This document shows positions 1 to 9,404 of a stretch of 31,552 nt of DNA, in pieces (positions within the stretch are counted from its first letter, which is position 1; every line of letters begins with the position of its first letter). Source of the DNA: a virus (lineage: Duplodnaviria > Caudoviricetes). A program made the translations under genes and the position numbers. The stretch lies in the IMG/VR virus record IMGVR_UViG_3300017909_003591, positions 1 through 31,552 of that record. One strand, given 5' to 3'. The notes beneath the pieces were generated by a model, which had not been told where the DNA came from, made no database searches, and saw only the letters and a list, made by a program, of their open reading frames with translations.

Positions 1-1446
1 GGACAGAGCGTCGGTACCGCGAATCTGATCAAGCGTAGGCGCTTGCTCTTTTCCGACAGCGTCCATGCCGACCCGGTTCATCTGAGCTAGGACGATCAGG
101 TCGATCTCCAGCTGTTTGGCGCAGGTCATGAGCTTGTAGGCACGCTCCTCAAGCATTGCAGCTTCAGAGGTAGGTGCGCCCTTGTGGCGAGCTAGAACAT
201 GGAAGTGGTCAACCACCGCTGCACGCAGATCAGGGTTCTTTGCCTTCATTGAGCGCAGGCTGTTGATCACCGAGTCAATGTCAGCGCCCCAGGGGTCTTC
301 GACTAGCAGCTTGCCGCCAGATTCCTGGATGGCATTGGCTGCCATCATAATGCTCTGGGAGACCTGCTCACGACTGGCGTCGGGCGACTCGATTGCGCCG
401 ACTGGTGCCCAGTTGTGGTTGTCGTTGGCCACCTGAGTGGCGGCAGCCCAGATACGAGCGTAGATCGCTGTCTTGTCAAGCTCAGCAGAAATGAAGCCAA
501 CCTTGAGCCCACCGTAGGCCAGGTTGACTGCAGCGTAGACGCCCAGCACGGTTTTACCAACACCGGTACGTGCAGCCAGTGTGAACAGTCGGCCACCAGC
601 TGCTTCACCTGCACGGCGAACACCGCCTTCCATATCAAGGTCCATGGCAGGAATGCCAGTACTGACAGGGGCAGACTGCTCGCGTGCGCTCATGATGGTG
701 TCGATGAACGAAGTCTTGCCATCCTTGGGGCTGATCAGATCGTCGATAGCATCGGTAGCGTTACCTTCGTTGCCGACCGAACCACGAAGCATGCCCAGAC
801 AGCGCATCAGCTCCTGCTGCTGTGCTTCGATGGCCTTCTCCAGCTTTGCATCAGACTTGATGGACTGATCTGCGTTGTGCTGAGCCTGCAGGAAGTTGGC
901 GCGGGCACGAGCCTGGCGCAGCAGGTCGATTGCAATGCCGAATTCAGACTCAGCGTCGCCATACTTGTCCATGGCGCCGTCTTCCGTCAGGTCGGAGATG
1001 GTTTGCTCGAATTCCAGCTTGGAGCAGAACTTGCCGCTGTTGTTCGGGAATGCGGTAATCAGGTGTTGCTTACTGATCAGCGATGCACCGTCTGCCTCAC
1101 CGTTGAAGATGCGGTCAATCAGGCCACCGATGGAGCGGAAGGCGTCGTTGGACCATAGTTGGTGCGGCAAGGCTTGGCCATGACTTACACCAACCGCGAT
1201 GCGTAGATCAGACCAAAGCTCACGGGCAAGGCCGGAAGGACTGTTGAGCACACGGCACAGGACGATAGCCTCCTGGTCGGTAGTGTCATCGCCCTCGAAC
1301 TTGGTAGTGGGCTGGATCTTCTCGATGAGTCGGACAAGACCGAATACGGATTCAGCCTCTTCTTTACCAACGCCAGTGATCTTGCCGTCTTGAGCTTGCA
1401 GCAGTCCGAGGTCGACTGCGTTCTGGATGTGTGGGGGAAAATTCAT
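1..1446 (-). CDS. dnaB: DnaB-like replicative helicase (3' end runs off the window)
   Basis: Hand-translated from ATG at 1446 (MNFPPHIQNAV...). It is open to base 1, so it is missing from the ORF track. SF4 motifs: STGIPAMD..EGG, Walker A LAARTGVGKT, FISAEL, VVDHF, LIVLAQMNR, PTLDQIRGTDAL. Confidence 0.92.
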   Translation of the reverse strand, partial: MNFPPHIQNAVDLGLLQAQDGKITGVGKEEAESVFGLVRLIEKIQPTTKFEGDDTTDQEAIVLCRVLNSPSGLARELWSDLRIAVGVSHGQALPHQLWSNDAFRSIGGLIDRIFNGEADGASLISKQHLITAFPNNSGKFCSKLEFEQTISDLTEDGAMDKYGDAESEFGIAIDLLRQARARANFLQAQHNADQSIKSDAKLEKAIEAQQQELMRCLGMLRGSVGNEGNATDAIDDLISPKDGKTSFIDTIMSAREQSAPVSTGIPAMDLDMEGGVRRAGEAAGGRLFTLAARTGVGKTVLGVYAAVNLAYGGLKVGFISAELDKTAIYARIWAAATQVANDNHNWAPVGAIESPDASREQVSQSIMMAANAIQESGGKLLVEDPWGADIDSVINSLRSMKAKNPDLRAAVVDHFHVLARHKGAPTSEAAMLEERAYKLMTCAKQLEIDLIVLAQMNRVGMDAVGKEQAPTLDQIRGTDALS

Positions 1447-1448
1447 AA

Positions 1449-2327
1449 TCAGCTAACCGTGGGGAGGTAGGAGACGCCGCACTGGCTCTCTTTGTAGGTC
1501 CAGTGTACCAGGGTGGCGCCTTCGTTGTAAATGTACAGCGTATCCTCTTTGCCTTCGTCAGTCTCGTGCTTCCAGGCTGCAAAGCGCTCCATCTCGATGC
1601 GCTCAACCTTAGTGAACTGCGCGTGACCCTTGCTAGCGAACCAGTCAAGCCAAGATTGGTCGTCGTTCCGATCAAAGCCTGCAGCTTCGGCCTTCCTGCC
1701 TTGAGCTTCGTGGTACATCTTCTGGGTCTTCTCCAGCTTCTTGGTAGTCGGGTTGCCGGAGCCGAAGATGTTCTCGAAGGTTTGAGGGACCTTCTGGTAC
1801 CAGTCGTTCATCTTGCAGGCCAGCAAAACCCGAGCCAGGTAGGCGGGCAAATCTGTGCATTCAACCATCTCGGCGTGCTGTTGCAGGGTTTCAAGCCTTG
1901 CTTCAGGCAGTGATCCTCGCATCGCAGGGAAATTGTCGAGTTTCTTGCTGTTCCAGGTGTCGACCAAGTCCTTTCTCAGCTGCTGGCGAGGAGATAGCTT
2001 TGGTTCTTTCTCAACTCTCGGCATGGCCCGTCCCTCTGCGGGCTCAACTGGTTCCACCTCCAGGTGTAGGAAATCGTCTTTCTTGGTGATGAAGCCCAGG
2101 GCTATCAATGCCTTGACATCTCGCTGGATGTTGCGTGCTGGCAGGTCGAGTCTTTCGGCGATCTCGCCAAGGCTGCGAAAAGTTGTGGGGGTGGTGCCAT
2201 TGCAGATGGAGCGAAGGTGTATCCAGGTGATTTTCTGGTGGGCGGTCAGAGCTGCCGAGAACAGCACGTCGTTTGGCACCTGGGTGAAATTGTTGGTGAC
2301 CTTGGGCGGGACGATGATCAGGCTCAT
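1449..2327 (-). CDS. Phage replication initiator / replisome organizer (N-terminal wHTH)
   Basis: N-terminal NNFTQVPNDVL and SLGEIAERLDL...IQRDVKALIALGFI HTH; coupled directly upstream of dnaB; adjacent to an iteron-like element. Confidence 0.7.
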   Translation of the reverse strand: MSLIIVPPKVTNNFTQVPNDVLFSAALTAHQKITWIHLRSICNGTTPTTFRSLGEIAERLDLPARNIQRDVKALIALGFITKKDDFLHLEVEPVEPAEGRAMPRVEKEPKLSPRQQLRKDLVDTWNSKKLDNFPAMRGSLPEARLETLQQHAEMVECTDLPAYLARVLLACKMNDWYQKVPQTFENIFGSGNPTTKKLEKTQKMYHEAQGRKAEAAGFDRNDDQSWLDWFASKGHAQFTKVERIEMERFAAWKHETDEGKEDTLYIYNEGATLVHWTYKESQCGVSYLPTVS

Positions 2328-2366
2328 GGGGGGTCGGAGTCGAACTGATCACAGCCTAACACGAAG

Positions 2367-2480
2367 TGTCGCGACAATCCATGGACAGCCGTGAAGTGTC
2401 GGATTTTGCGACAAACCGTTGCAAAAAACGCGACAATCCGCGGACCACATCTATATATAATAATTCTAATATAAGAATAA
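2367..2480. other. Origin-like element A: iterons plus AT-rich tract
   Basis: GCGACAATCC at 2371 and 2430, GCGACAAACC at 2408, palindrome TGTCGCGACA 2367-2376, then ACATCTATATATAATAATTCTAATATAAGAATAA. Lies just upstream of the initiator gene. Confidence 0.65.
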
Positions 2481-2512
2481 CTCGCACGCGAGGGGATTGG
2501 AAGAATACAGCC

Positions 2513-2794
2513 ATGGCTGGACGGAAACGACGATTCACACCACCCCCGGGTTTTACCCAGTGCCCGAAGCTCCGGAAGGAGTACGAGGAGAACGGCAAGG
2601 CCTTGGGTCGGTTCTACCTGTGGTACGAGGATCGAGCGGTAAAGGCTTGGTCTATGCTCGGTGGCGTTCTCGGTCCTCGATGGATGCTGGAGGTCTTCAG
2701 GTATCACCACGTCAAAGACAACCCTGAGGACTACCGCCGCTGGAAGAAAACCAGGGAACTAGCTAAACTGCGAAAGGAGAGGAACAATGCTTAG
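2513..2794 (+). CDS. Hypothetical basic protein
   Basis: ATG 2513 (MAGRKRRF...) preferred to the GTG start at 2366, which would run through the iterons; overlaps the next start. Confidence 0.6.
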   Translation: MAGRKRRFTPPPGFTQCPKLRKEYEENGKALGRFYLWYEDRAVKAWSMLGGVLGPRWMLEVFRYHHVKDNPEDYRRWKKTRELAKLRKERNNA

Positions 2795-2969
2795 AGCTTT
2801 CTCGATGGCCTGGATGCTTCTGCAGATGTGTGCGCAGAACCCGCAGACGATCAAGGCTTGCATGACCGACCAGCACATCTGGCTCTGGCCGGAGGTCTGG
2901 AGAGGCGTGGAGCTGTACATGCAATGGGAATTGCCATACCAGGAGGAAGCTGATAGACTGAAAGGGTAA
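2787..2969 (+). CDS. Hypothetical protein
   Basis: GAGG RBS, overlaps the upstream stop, 60 aa. Confidence 0.6.
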   Translation: MLRAFSMAWMLLQMCAQNPQTIKACMTDQHIWLWPEVWRGVELYMQWELPYQEEADRLKG

Positions 2970-2987
2970 ACCTCACAGAGGACCCGA

Positions 2988-3695
2988 ATGACTTCTTCGC
3001 TCCCCAACCTCGCAGGCGTAGCTAGCAAGGATCTGGTCGAAAAGATCGGCTCAGGCAAGTTCAGCGCAGCGTACATCAACTGGTCTCGCACCATGAACCT
3101 GCTGCGTACCCACGCACCGGGATGGCTGCCTGACTACGTGCCAGCTGAAGACGGCAGCCTGCTGCACCGTGCTCCTGTCGGTGCCTACCTGCTGATCCGT
3201 TTCCAGAACTTGGACACTGGAGCCGTGACTCCCGCTCTACCTCAGGCCGTGATGGATCACCGCAACAACGCCATTGCGTTTGACAAGATCACCGCTCGTG
3301 ACGTGACTGACACCCAGCGTCGCGGTATGTGCATGGCAGCCGCTATGCACTTCGGCCTGGCTTACGAGCTGTGGGCGAAAATGCCCATGGAAGCCGGCTA
3401 TCAGAGCGACTCTGCCCCTGACTCCGCCCCAAAGGCACCGGCTGCCCCGGCTGCGATGCCGGCGGCCCCTGCTCCGGCTTCTGGTGGCACTTCTGAGGCA
3501 ACGGAGGCCACGTTTCGAGAAGCAGCCCTCGAAAAAGGTTTCACCACCTACGCAGTCGAAGGTCTCCTCGGACTCATCAAGGGTGACTACGCCAAGGGCG
3601 TCAAGACCGTCGGCAACAAGACAGCCGCAGAGGTCGAAACCCTCAACGCCAAGTTCGCCCCCAAGAAGGACGAAGACGACGGCGAGCAGTGGTGA
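2988..3695 (+). CDS. Sak3/DUF1071-like single-strand annealing protein
   Basis: YINWS..., AVMDHRNNAI...ARDVTDTQRR..A.AMHFGL.YELW core; Ala/Pro linker; acidic tail. Confidence 0.75.
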   Translation: MTSSLPNLAGVASKDLVEKIGSGKFSAAYINWSRTMNLLRTHAPGWLPDYVPAEDGSLLHRAPVGAYLLIRFQNLDTGAVTPALPQAVMDHRNNAIAFDKITARDVTDTQRRGMCMAAAMHFGLAYELWAKMPMEAGYQSDSAPDSAPKAPAAPAAMPAAPAPASGGTSEATEATFREAALEKGFTTYAVEGLLGLIKGDYAKGVKTVGNKTAAEVETLNAKFAPKKDEDDGEQW

Positions 3696-3746
3696 TCCAT
3701 TAGAATCGTTTATCCGATTCTTCGACGGCGCCGAACTTTAATTATC

Positions 3747-3810
3747 GCCAGGGGGTTGACAAAGCCTCCTGGCTTTTGGCATACTTTGTACATCGACCTC
3801 AAGGAGGACA
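3747..3810 (+). promoter_or_regulatory. Terminator hairpin fused to a sigma70-type promoter and RBS
   Basis: GCCAGGGGG-TTGACA-AAGCCTCCTGGC-TTTT; -35 TTGACA 3756-3761, TGG-CATACT 3780-3785, AAGGAGG. Confidence 0.7.
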
Positions 3811-3814
3811 CGCA

Positions 3815-4669
3815 ATGACCAACGATCCAATCCAAACCTGGCTCAACAACGCAGGCCGCTATCCGCTCCTGCCGAAGACAGAATTACTCCGACTGGCCAA
3901 GAAGCGCGACACTCTGGAGCCTGGCTCCAAGGCCTACGTCAAGATCATCAACAAGATCTGCCTGCACAACCTTCGCCTCGTGCCTGCCGTTGTGCGCAAG
4001 TACCTGTCCAAGCGTCTTGGCTACACCATGAGTAGCGAAGTCGCTAGCGACCTGCTGCAACAGGGGTACCTGGGTCTCCGTCGCGCTGCAGAGAAGTTCG
4101 ACGCTACCAAGGGCTACACCTTCTCTACCTACGCACACTCTTGGATCCATCAGGCCTTCTGCCGCTGGCACAACACCCGCGACCGGGCAATCTATGTGCC
4201 TGAGAACGCCATGACCGAGGTGCTCTATGTTAAGCGCAACGGCAAGCGCAGCGGCTCTAAGAACGGTCGCATCGGCCAGGACATCTTGAACGCTGCCACT
4301 CGAACCATGGACATCTCCTCCATCGATCGCCGCGCTGGTAACGACGACGACGCCACCCCTCTTTCCGAGCTGATGGGCGAAGACAATCGCATTCTCAGTA
4401 ACGAGCCTGTTGATGAGCAGCGTGGTGAGCGCATGCTTCGCAAGCTGATGGACGAGTGCGGCATCAAGCGTCGCACCCAGGAGGTTGTCGTGGCCTACGC
4501 CAAGCGTGGCCGCATGTCCATCGTCGCCAGCAAGCTCTCTCTCAGCCCTCGGCACTGTCAAAACGTGTATCAGGAGGCCGTACGCATCATGAAGGCCAAG
4601 GTGGCGGAAAAAGAAGCTGCCAAGGCTGTTAGAATGGAAAGGAACAACACTACCTCTGTGAGGAACTGA
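3815..4669 (+). CDS. RNA polymerase sigma factor (RpoD/group 2-like)
   Basis: Region 1.2 DPIQTWLNNAGRYPLL; region 2 HNLRLV..VVRKY, DLLQQGYLGLRRAAEKFD..KGYTFSTYAHSWIHQA. Confidence 0.9.
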   Translation: MTNDPIQTWLNNAGRYPLLPKTELLRLAKKRDTLEPGSKAYVKIINKICLHNLRLVPAVVRKYLSKRLGYTMSSEVASDLLQQGYLGLRRAAEKFDATKGYTFSTYAHSWIHQAFCRWHNTRDRAIYVPENAMTEVLYVKRNGKRSGSKNGRIGQDILNAATRTMDISSIDRRAGNDDDATPLSELMGEDNRILSNEPVDEQRGERMLRKLMDECGIKRRTQEVVVAYAKRGRMSIVASKLSLSPRHCQNVYQEAVRIMKAKVAEKEAAKAVRMERNNTTSVRN

Positions 4670-4672
4670 CAA

Positions 4673-5023
4673 ATGGCTGCTATCACAACCGCAGGAAAAG
4701 TTACCTGCAAGGAAGGCACCGAAGCTGTAACCGTCCGTGAATTCGGCAACGGTGGTAAGATCGCCAAGTTCAACATGGTCGATCAAGAGTATTACTATGC
4801 CAAGGACGCCGATGACAAGATCGGCCAGTTCTACACCTGCGAGGTGACCGGCAAACAGGCCGACATCGTTGCAGATCGTCTCCAGCGTGGTGATCGGGTG
4901 TGCGTACGCGGCCAGTTGGTTCAGCGTAAGTACAACGACAAGATCTACCTGGATGTGAAGAATGCCTCTGTCACATTCATGGAAGATCGCCGTGATGCGG
5001 CTGGTGGTGTGGATCCGTTCTGA
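4673..5023 (+). CDS. ssb: Single-stranded DNA-binding protein
   Basis: OB-fold pattern (GKQADIVADRLQRGDRVCVRGQL..RKY) and DPF C-terminus. Confidence 0.85.
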   Translation: MAAITTAGKVTCKEGTEAVTVREFGNGGKIAKFNMVDQEYYYAKDADDKIGQFYTCEVTGKQADIVADRLQRGDRVCVRGQLVQRKYNDKIYLDVKNASVTFMEDRRDAAGGVDPF

Positions 5024-5062
5024 TAGGTAGACTACGGTCCCCTTCAATCCGAACGACCTTAG

Positions 5063-5091
5063 AGCCCTGGGCCTTGCGCCTGGGGTTTTTT
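5063..5091 (+). terminator. Intrinsic terminator
   Basis: GCCCTGGGC/GCCTGGGGT stem followed by a T run. Confidence 0.65.
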
Positions 5092-5127
5092 GGTGTTAGT
5101 ATGTGGTCAGTCCTCAAGGAGGTTTCT

Positions 5128-5565
5128 ATGAGCAAATTTGGATTCCGGATCGAAGAAGCAGAAGTAGCCCCTGGCACATTAGGGCTGCTCTACGACTCAA
5201 CACCCGAGCTGACAACAGCTGACGTCCGTCCCTTCGTCTGGGCCCTGCTGCTGTTCAGGGGCGCCGTAAAGAAGCATGAGGTGGTTGGAGCCATCACGCC
5301 TGTTTGTGCCCACTCTGAGCTGTATAGCGGCTGGTCGGAGTTCCTGGACGAAGAGGATGATCGCACCCGCCTGGAGTACCTTGTCGAAGAAGTTCTGGGC
5401 GACATGACCGCTTCAGGTCTGTTGCGCTACAGTACGAAAGCCGACCTCTGGGTCCTGAACAGCTCCAACAGGCACCTGCCCACAGTTATTACAGCAGTTG
5501 CCGGTATCGACGGCAGTCTGCCACAGCATTACATTATGGAGAGAGAGCAGAATGACACACTTTGA
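5128..5565 (+). CDS. Hypothetical protein
   Basis: AAGGAGG RBS before ATG 5128; 145 aa. Confidence 0.75.
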   Translation: MSKFGFRIEEAEVAPGTLGLLYDSTPELTTADVRPFVWALLLFRGAVKKHEVVGAITPVCAHSELYSGWSEFLDEEDDRTRLEYLVEEVLGDMTASGLLRYSTKADLWVLNSSNRHLPTVITAVAGIDGSLPQHYIMEREQNDTL

Positions 5566-5586
5566 CCACATAACAAAACATTGATT

Positions 5587-5817
5587 ATGCCACGCAGAGC
5601 ACAAAAGAAACGAGCCCAGCGCCGTCAGCGAGCCCTGGAAAACGACATCAACACCAACGGTATTGACGACCATCGTGGTGGCACCTTTAAGGTGTATGAC
5701 CGCAAGAACATGGTCACCCTTGCCAAGGGGTTAAACTGGGAGGAGGCTGTCAAGGTGTGGAACGCCCACCCGACGACTGCCATAATCTTAAATGAACAAC
5801 ACAGGATGGGACGCTAA
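5587..5817 (+). CDS. Hypothetical protein
   Basis: ORF coupled to the next gene (TAATG). Confidence 0.6.
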   Translation: MPRRAQKKRAQRRQRALENDINTNGIDDHRGGTFKVYDRKNMVTLAKGLNWEEAVKVWNAHPTTAIILNEQHRMGR

Positions 5818-6068
5818 TGGGCAGATTCAACAAGGAAACAGGCGCATTTACCGCCAAGCCTTCGGTCGTAAAAAAGGTCGAACGCCTGTACGGCCCGATT
5901 GAATTCCAGACCGCACTTCGCAAGGGAACCAACGTAAAGGTTTTTATGGGTGCCGGCTGGGAAAAGGGCACAGTGGTAGAATGGACGAAGAGTCGGGTAA
6001 CCGTCCGGCTCAAACGGGGCGGCAAGACAGTTGTCTGCTATGACGCCCGCAACCTCGAAATTCTCTAG
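5817..6068 (+). CDS. Hypothetical protein (possible small SH3/KOW-like barrel)
   Basis: KGTNVKV...WEKGTVVE...VTVRL beta pattern; coupled start. Confidence 0.65.
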   Translation: MGRFNKETGAFTAKPSVVKKVERLYGPIEFQTALRKGTNVKVFMGAGWEKGTVVEWTKSRVTVRLKRGGKTVVCYDARNLEIL

Positions 6069-6077
6069 GAGGACCCG

Positions 6078-6704
6078 ATGACTGACATGATCAATCCCAG
6101 CCACTACCACGGCGACCGCAAGTTCGAGCCGATCGCGGTGATTGAAGACTGGGGGCTAAACTATCGGCTGGGATGTGCCCTGAAGTACATCTCACGCAAC
6201 GGCCGCAAGCCCGGCGAGGACCCCTGTGAAGGGCTTCGCAAGGCCATCTGGTACTTGGAGCGGGAGATTGCTGCTCTGGACGGCCAGAAGCCTTACAAGG
6301 TCGAATACGAGGACGTTCTGGACTACTATGGCCAGAGTCTTGATCTGAACGAAGCTTGGCCCGACCCTTTTGAAGGTCAGGCAGCGCAAGAGGTGCCATT
6401 TACCTGGGACTGCCAGGACGAGTACGACTTCAGCCTGAACCTCGGTGGCAGTCTGGAGGCGACTCCAGCGGACTGGGCTGACTTCTGGGATCCCGAGTCC
6501 AGCCTTGGCGACGACGTACTCTGGGACCCCTCTGTAGGCCCCGTAGAGCTGTCCGAGGATGAGATCAAAGGGATTCTAGCCAAGAAGGCTCTGGATCAGT
6601 TTGAGGACGTCGAGATCGTCGCCACGGTTGAAAAGCGCGGCTTCATTCTGGGCATCAAGAAAGACGGCTCTAGCTGCATCTTGAAAGACGGGCGATGTGC
6701 ATAA
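6078..6704 (+). CDS. DUF3310 (T7 gp1.7/SaV-like) domain protein with acidic extension
   Basis: INPSHY...EPIAVIE...LG.ALKYISR.GRK...GLRKAIWYLEREI. Confidence 0.85.
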   Translation: MTDMINPSHYHGDRKFEPIAVIEDWGLNYRLGCALKYISRNGRKPGEDPCEGLRKAIWYLEREIAALDGQKPYKVEYEDVLDYYGQSLDLNEAWPDPFEGQAAQEVPFTWDCQDEYDFSLNLGGSLEATPADWADFWDPESSLGDDVLWDPSVGPVELSEDEIKGILAKKALDQFEDVEIVATVEKRGFILGIKKDGSSCILKDGRCA

Positions 6705-6791
6705 CATTCGCCCTGGTGGCCCCTGTGGTTTGTTTCCTCGGGGGCTCAGCGGCCTTTCTCGGTATCTTAGGCGAGATTGCTTGGCACTTGG

Positions 6792-7166
6792 ATGATTACA
6801 CTAGAGATCTTCCACCCTCTGTTTAGCAAGGCACGGCCTCGGGTTACCTCCCGGGGCACTTTTATGCCCGCAGCTTACAAGAAGAACCAGAAGGAGCTGC
6901 TGGCGAAGGTTAAGGAACAGTATGACGGCCCGCCGCTAGAAGGCCCTCTGCGCGTCGAAATGGACTTGTACGGCGAGGGAAGGGCTGACATCGACAATGT
7001 GGTCGGAGCGTTCTTCGACACGGTCAACAAAGTCCTCTGGGTGGATGATAGGATCAGCATTATTTCTGAGCTGTCCGTCCGCTGGACGAAGTGCAAGAAA
7101 GAGTACAGCACCTGGACGGTCAGAATCTACGAAATCGGCGAGGAGCAAGAAGAGTTGCCATTCTGA
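6792..7166 (+). CDS. rusA: RusA-like Holliday junction resolvase
   Basis: SKARPRVT, DIDN...FFD...WVDDRI motifs. Confidence 0.8.
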   Translation: MITLEIFHPLFSKARPRVTSRGTFMPAAYKKNQKELLAKVKEQYDGPPLEGPLRVEMDLYGEGRADIDNVVGAFFDTVNKVLWVDDRISIISELSVRWTKCKKEYSTWTVRIYEIGEEQEELPF

Positions 7167-7193
7167 TAGACTGGTGTATATGCTTTGCTACCT

Positions 7194-8042
7194 GTGACTG
7201 CTGAAATCGCTTACAACCAAGGAGACTTCGCCTACCGCAAGGAGCCTGGTGTTAACCAGTCAAGTCTCAAGAAGATCTTAGACAGTCCAGCGCACTACCA
7301 GGCGGCTCTCAAATTCAAGTTGATCCCGACCCCCGCAATGGAGATGGGAACCGCACTGCACGCCCTCTCCCTGGACGGTGAGGACGCGTTTAACGGTGCG
7401 TACATCAAGAAACCCGACGGCATCAAGTTAAACACCAAGGAAGGCAGGGATTGGAAGGCCGGCGTGGGGCGGAAGAAGGTGCTAGCATCCGGCGGCAAGG
7501 ATGATCCCTGGGGCAGTGTCCTGGGCATGGCCAAGAGCCTTGAGCGCCTGGCGTGGTTTGATTCCAAGCAGGAGGACTATATCAAGTACAACGAGGTCTC
7601 GATCTACTGGGAAGAGCACGGCGTCAACTGCAAGGCTCGCCTGGACCGTGTGCTGATCGATGAAGGTATCGTCCTGGACCTCAAGACCACCGACAGCGTT
7701 GACCCTGAGTTGTTTACCAAGAAGGTTGTTTCGTTGGGTTACGACTTCCAGGCCGCCTACTATGCTCGTGCGGCAGAGGTCGCATACGGCAAGCCGTTCA
7801 AGTTTATCTTCGTGGCCGTTGAGCGCAAGGCGCCATATACGGTGGATCTTTTCGAGGTCACACCAGATATGATGCAGGAAGGCCTGTACAAAGTGGAGAA
7901 GGCCTTGAAGACCTACGCCCAGTGCCAGGGGTCTGGAGAGTGGCCGAACCGTGAGCCAGTCATCCGTCAACTGGACTACCCGGGTTGGTACAACCGTGTT
8001 AGCATGGAAGAGCCCCAAAGCCCCGAGGAGGATCTTTTCTGA
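7194..8042 (+). CDS. RecE/exonuclease VIII-like PD-(D/E)XK nuclease (DUF3799)
   Basis: SSLKKI..SPAHY, GTALH, CKARLD, DLKTT, GYDFQAAYY, FVAVE. Start codon uncertain (7185 or 7194). Confidence 0.88.
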   Translation: MTAEIAYNQGDFAYRKEPGVNQSSLKKILDSPAHYQAALKFKLIPTPAMEMGTALHALSLDGEDAFNGAYIKKPDGIKLNTKEGRDWKAGVGRKKVLASGGKDDPWGSVLGMAKSLERLAWFDSKQEDYIKYNEVSIYWEEHGVNCKARLDRVLIDEGIVLDLKTTDSVDPELFTKKVVSLGYDFQAAYYARAAEVAYGKPFKFIFVAVERKAPYTVDLFEVTPDMMQEGLYKVEKALKTYAQCQGSGEWPNREPVIRQLDYPGWYNRVSMEEPQSPEEDLF

Positions 8043-8689
8043 TGGAACGCGAAACCCACACAGCTCGCCTTGTCAGCATCACACCTGACGCCGAGAAGCA
8101 AATTGTCTACATGGCTCGGGTGTCCAACCCATCAAACCAAGCAAACAGCGAGACGTCTCCCCGCCTGATCAAGTACCTGATCAAACACAAGCACTGGTCA
8201 CCATTCGAGATGGCCAGCATGCAGGTCGAGATCGACACCACAAGGGCAATCGCAGCTCAGATCCTGCGCCACCGCAGCTTCTCGTTCCAGGAGTTCTCGC
8301 AACGCTACAGCTCTGTCGACCAGCTTGGCACTATCGGTCTGCCCCACCTGCGGTCTCAAGACCTCAAGAACAAGCAGGCTAGCCATGACGATCTGGACCC
8401 CGAAATGGTCGAACTGATGGAAAAACAGATCCAGCAGATCTACCACAACACCTTTGACTTCTACGAGTACCTGCTCAGCCGAGGCGTGGCCAAGGAGTGC
8501 GCTCGCAGCATCCTGCCCCTGGGTACTCCGACCCGGATGTACATGTCTGGCAGCATAAGGTCGTGGGTTCATTTTTTGCAAATCCGCTGCGGCGTCGAGA
8601 CTCAGCTCGAACACCGTCTGATCGCCAACGCAATCAAGGATATTTTCGAGGAGCAGCTGCCAAACGTCTACGAAGCAGCCTTCACCTGA
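8042..8689 (+). CDS. thyX: FAD-dependent thymidylate synthase
   Basis: HWSPFE and RHRSFSFQEFSQRY signature. Confidence 0.97.
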   Translation: MERETHTARLVSITPDAEKQIVYMARVSNPSNQANSETSPRLIKYLIKHKHWSPFEMASMQVEIDTTRAIAAQILRHRSFSFQEFSQRYSSVDQLGTIGLPHLRSQDLKNKQASHDDLDPEMVELMEKQIQQIYHNTFDFYEYLLSRGVAKECARSILPLGTPTRMYMSGSIRSWVHFLQIRCGVETQLEHRLIANAIKDIFEEQLPNVYEAAFT

Positions 8690-8714
8690 TAGAGTGAAGC
8701 AGCGTTGCATCGAC

Positions 8715-8738
8715 AAGGGTCCTTATGGGCCCTTTTTT
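8715..8738 (+). terminator. Intrinsic terminator
   Basis: AAGGGTCC-TTAT-GGGCCC followed by TTTTTT. Confidence 0.75.
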
Positions 8739-8780
8739 ATTGCCTCGGCATACTATGCCAGTTCTAGAGAGATTCTAGTC

Positions 8781-9404
8781 GTGTCAGGCGAGTTCAAGGA
8801 ATGGAAGCCCGAAGTGAAGCGGGATCGTAACATCTGGGAGTTCCAACGGGGCTACAAGGTGAACGATGCTGGTCGGCACGAGAACAATGATCAGTTCAAC
8901 GCGTTTCAGCTGTACCTGAACGGCAAGCGTAGCTACGAGGCTGTAGCGGAGGAGCGTGGAGGTAAGGCCGAGACCGTCTCTCAGTGGGCTAAGCGATACA
9001 ACTGGGACAAGCGCTGTGCGGCCTGGGACACCAAGCAAATGGCCATTACGATGCGTGAGGCCAACAAGATCGAAAGGAGGCGTCAGAGGCAGTCCATCGA
9101 GGAGTACAGGCAGGCCAACGAGGCACAGGCCAAGATGATGATGGAAACATCGGCTGATCTGATGGCCATCATCCAGAAGCGGATCATCAAGGCTGAAGCA
9201 GAAGGCGAGGACATCCCTATGGGCCTGATTAGCGGCTTGATGCGTGCAGCTGCCAATATCTCCGACTCCGGCCGCCAGTCCTGGGCCACGGCTTTGGGTG
9301 TTGGGCAGCTTATGGAGGTTGTTGATCAGGAGCTGGAGGAAGTGCAGGTTGAGATCCTCAATGAGGAGGAGGACGAAGCTTACGACATCCCGCTTGACGA
9401 ATAA
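8781..9404 (+). CDS. Putative terminase small subunit
   Basis: HTH-like AF.LY...RS...VA...TVSQWAKRYNW.KR.AAWD plus coiled coil; coupled to TerL. GTG start after the terminator assumed. Confidence 0.65.
   Translation: MSGEFKEWKPEVKRDRNIWEFQRGYKVNDAGRHENNDQFNAFQLYLNGKRSYEAVAEERGGKAETVSQWAKRYNWDKRCAAWDTKQMAITMREANKIERRRQRQSIEEYRQANEAQAKMMMETSADLMAIIQKRIIKAEAEGEDIPMGLISGLMRAAANISDSGRQSWATALGVGQLMEVVDQELEEVQVEILNEEEDEAYDIPLDE

Noticed and set aside
415-1158. 247-aa plus-strand ORF and other long antisense ORFs (e.g. 3884-5047, 13224-14309, 16827-17645, 19829-20671)
   Set aside because: They are shadow frames opposite well-supported genes (dnaB, sigma/ssb, phosphoesterase, nrdJ, portal), with no motifs or RBS.
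2366-2512. N-terminal extension of ORF 2366-2794
   Set aside because: It runs through the iterons and AT tract without an RBS; ATG 2513 is more plausible.
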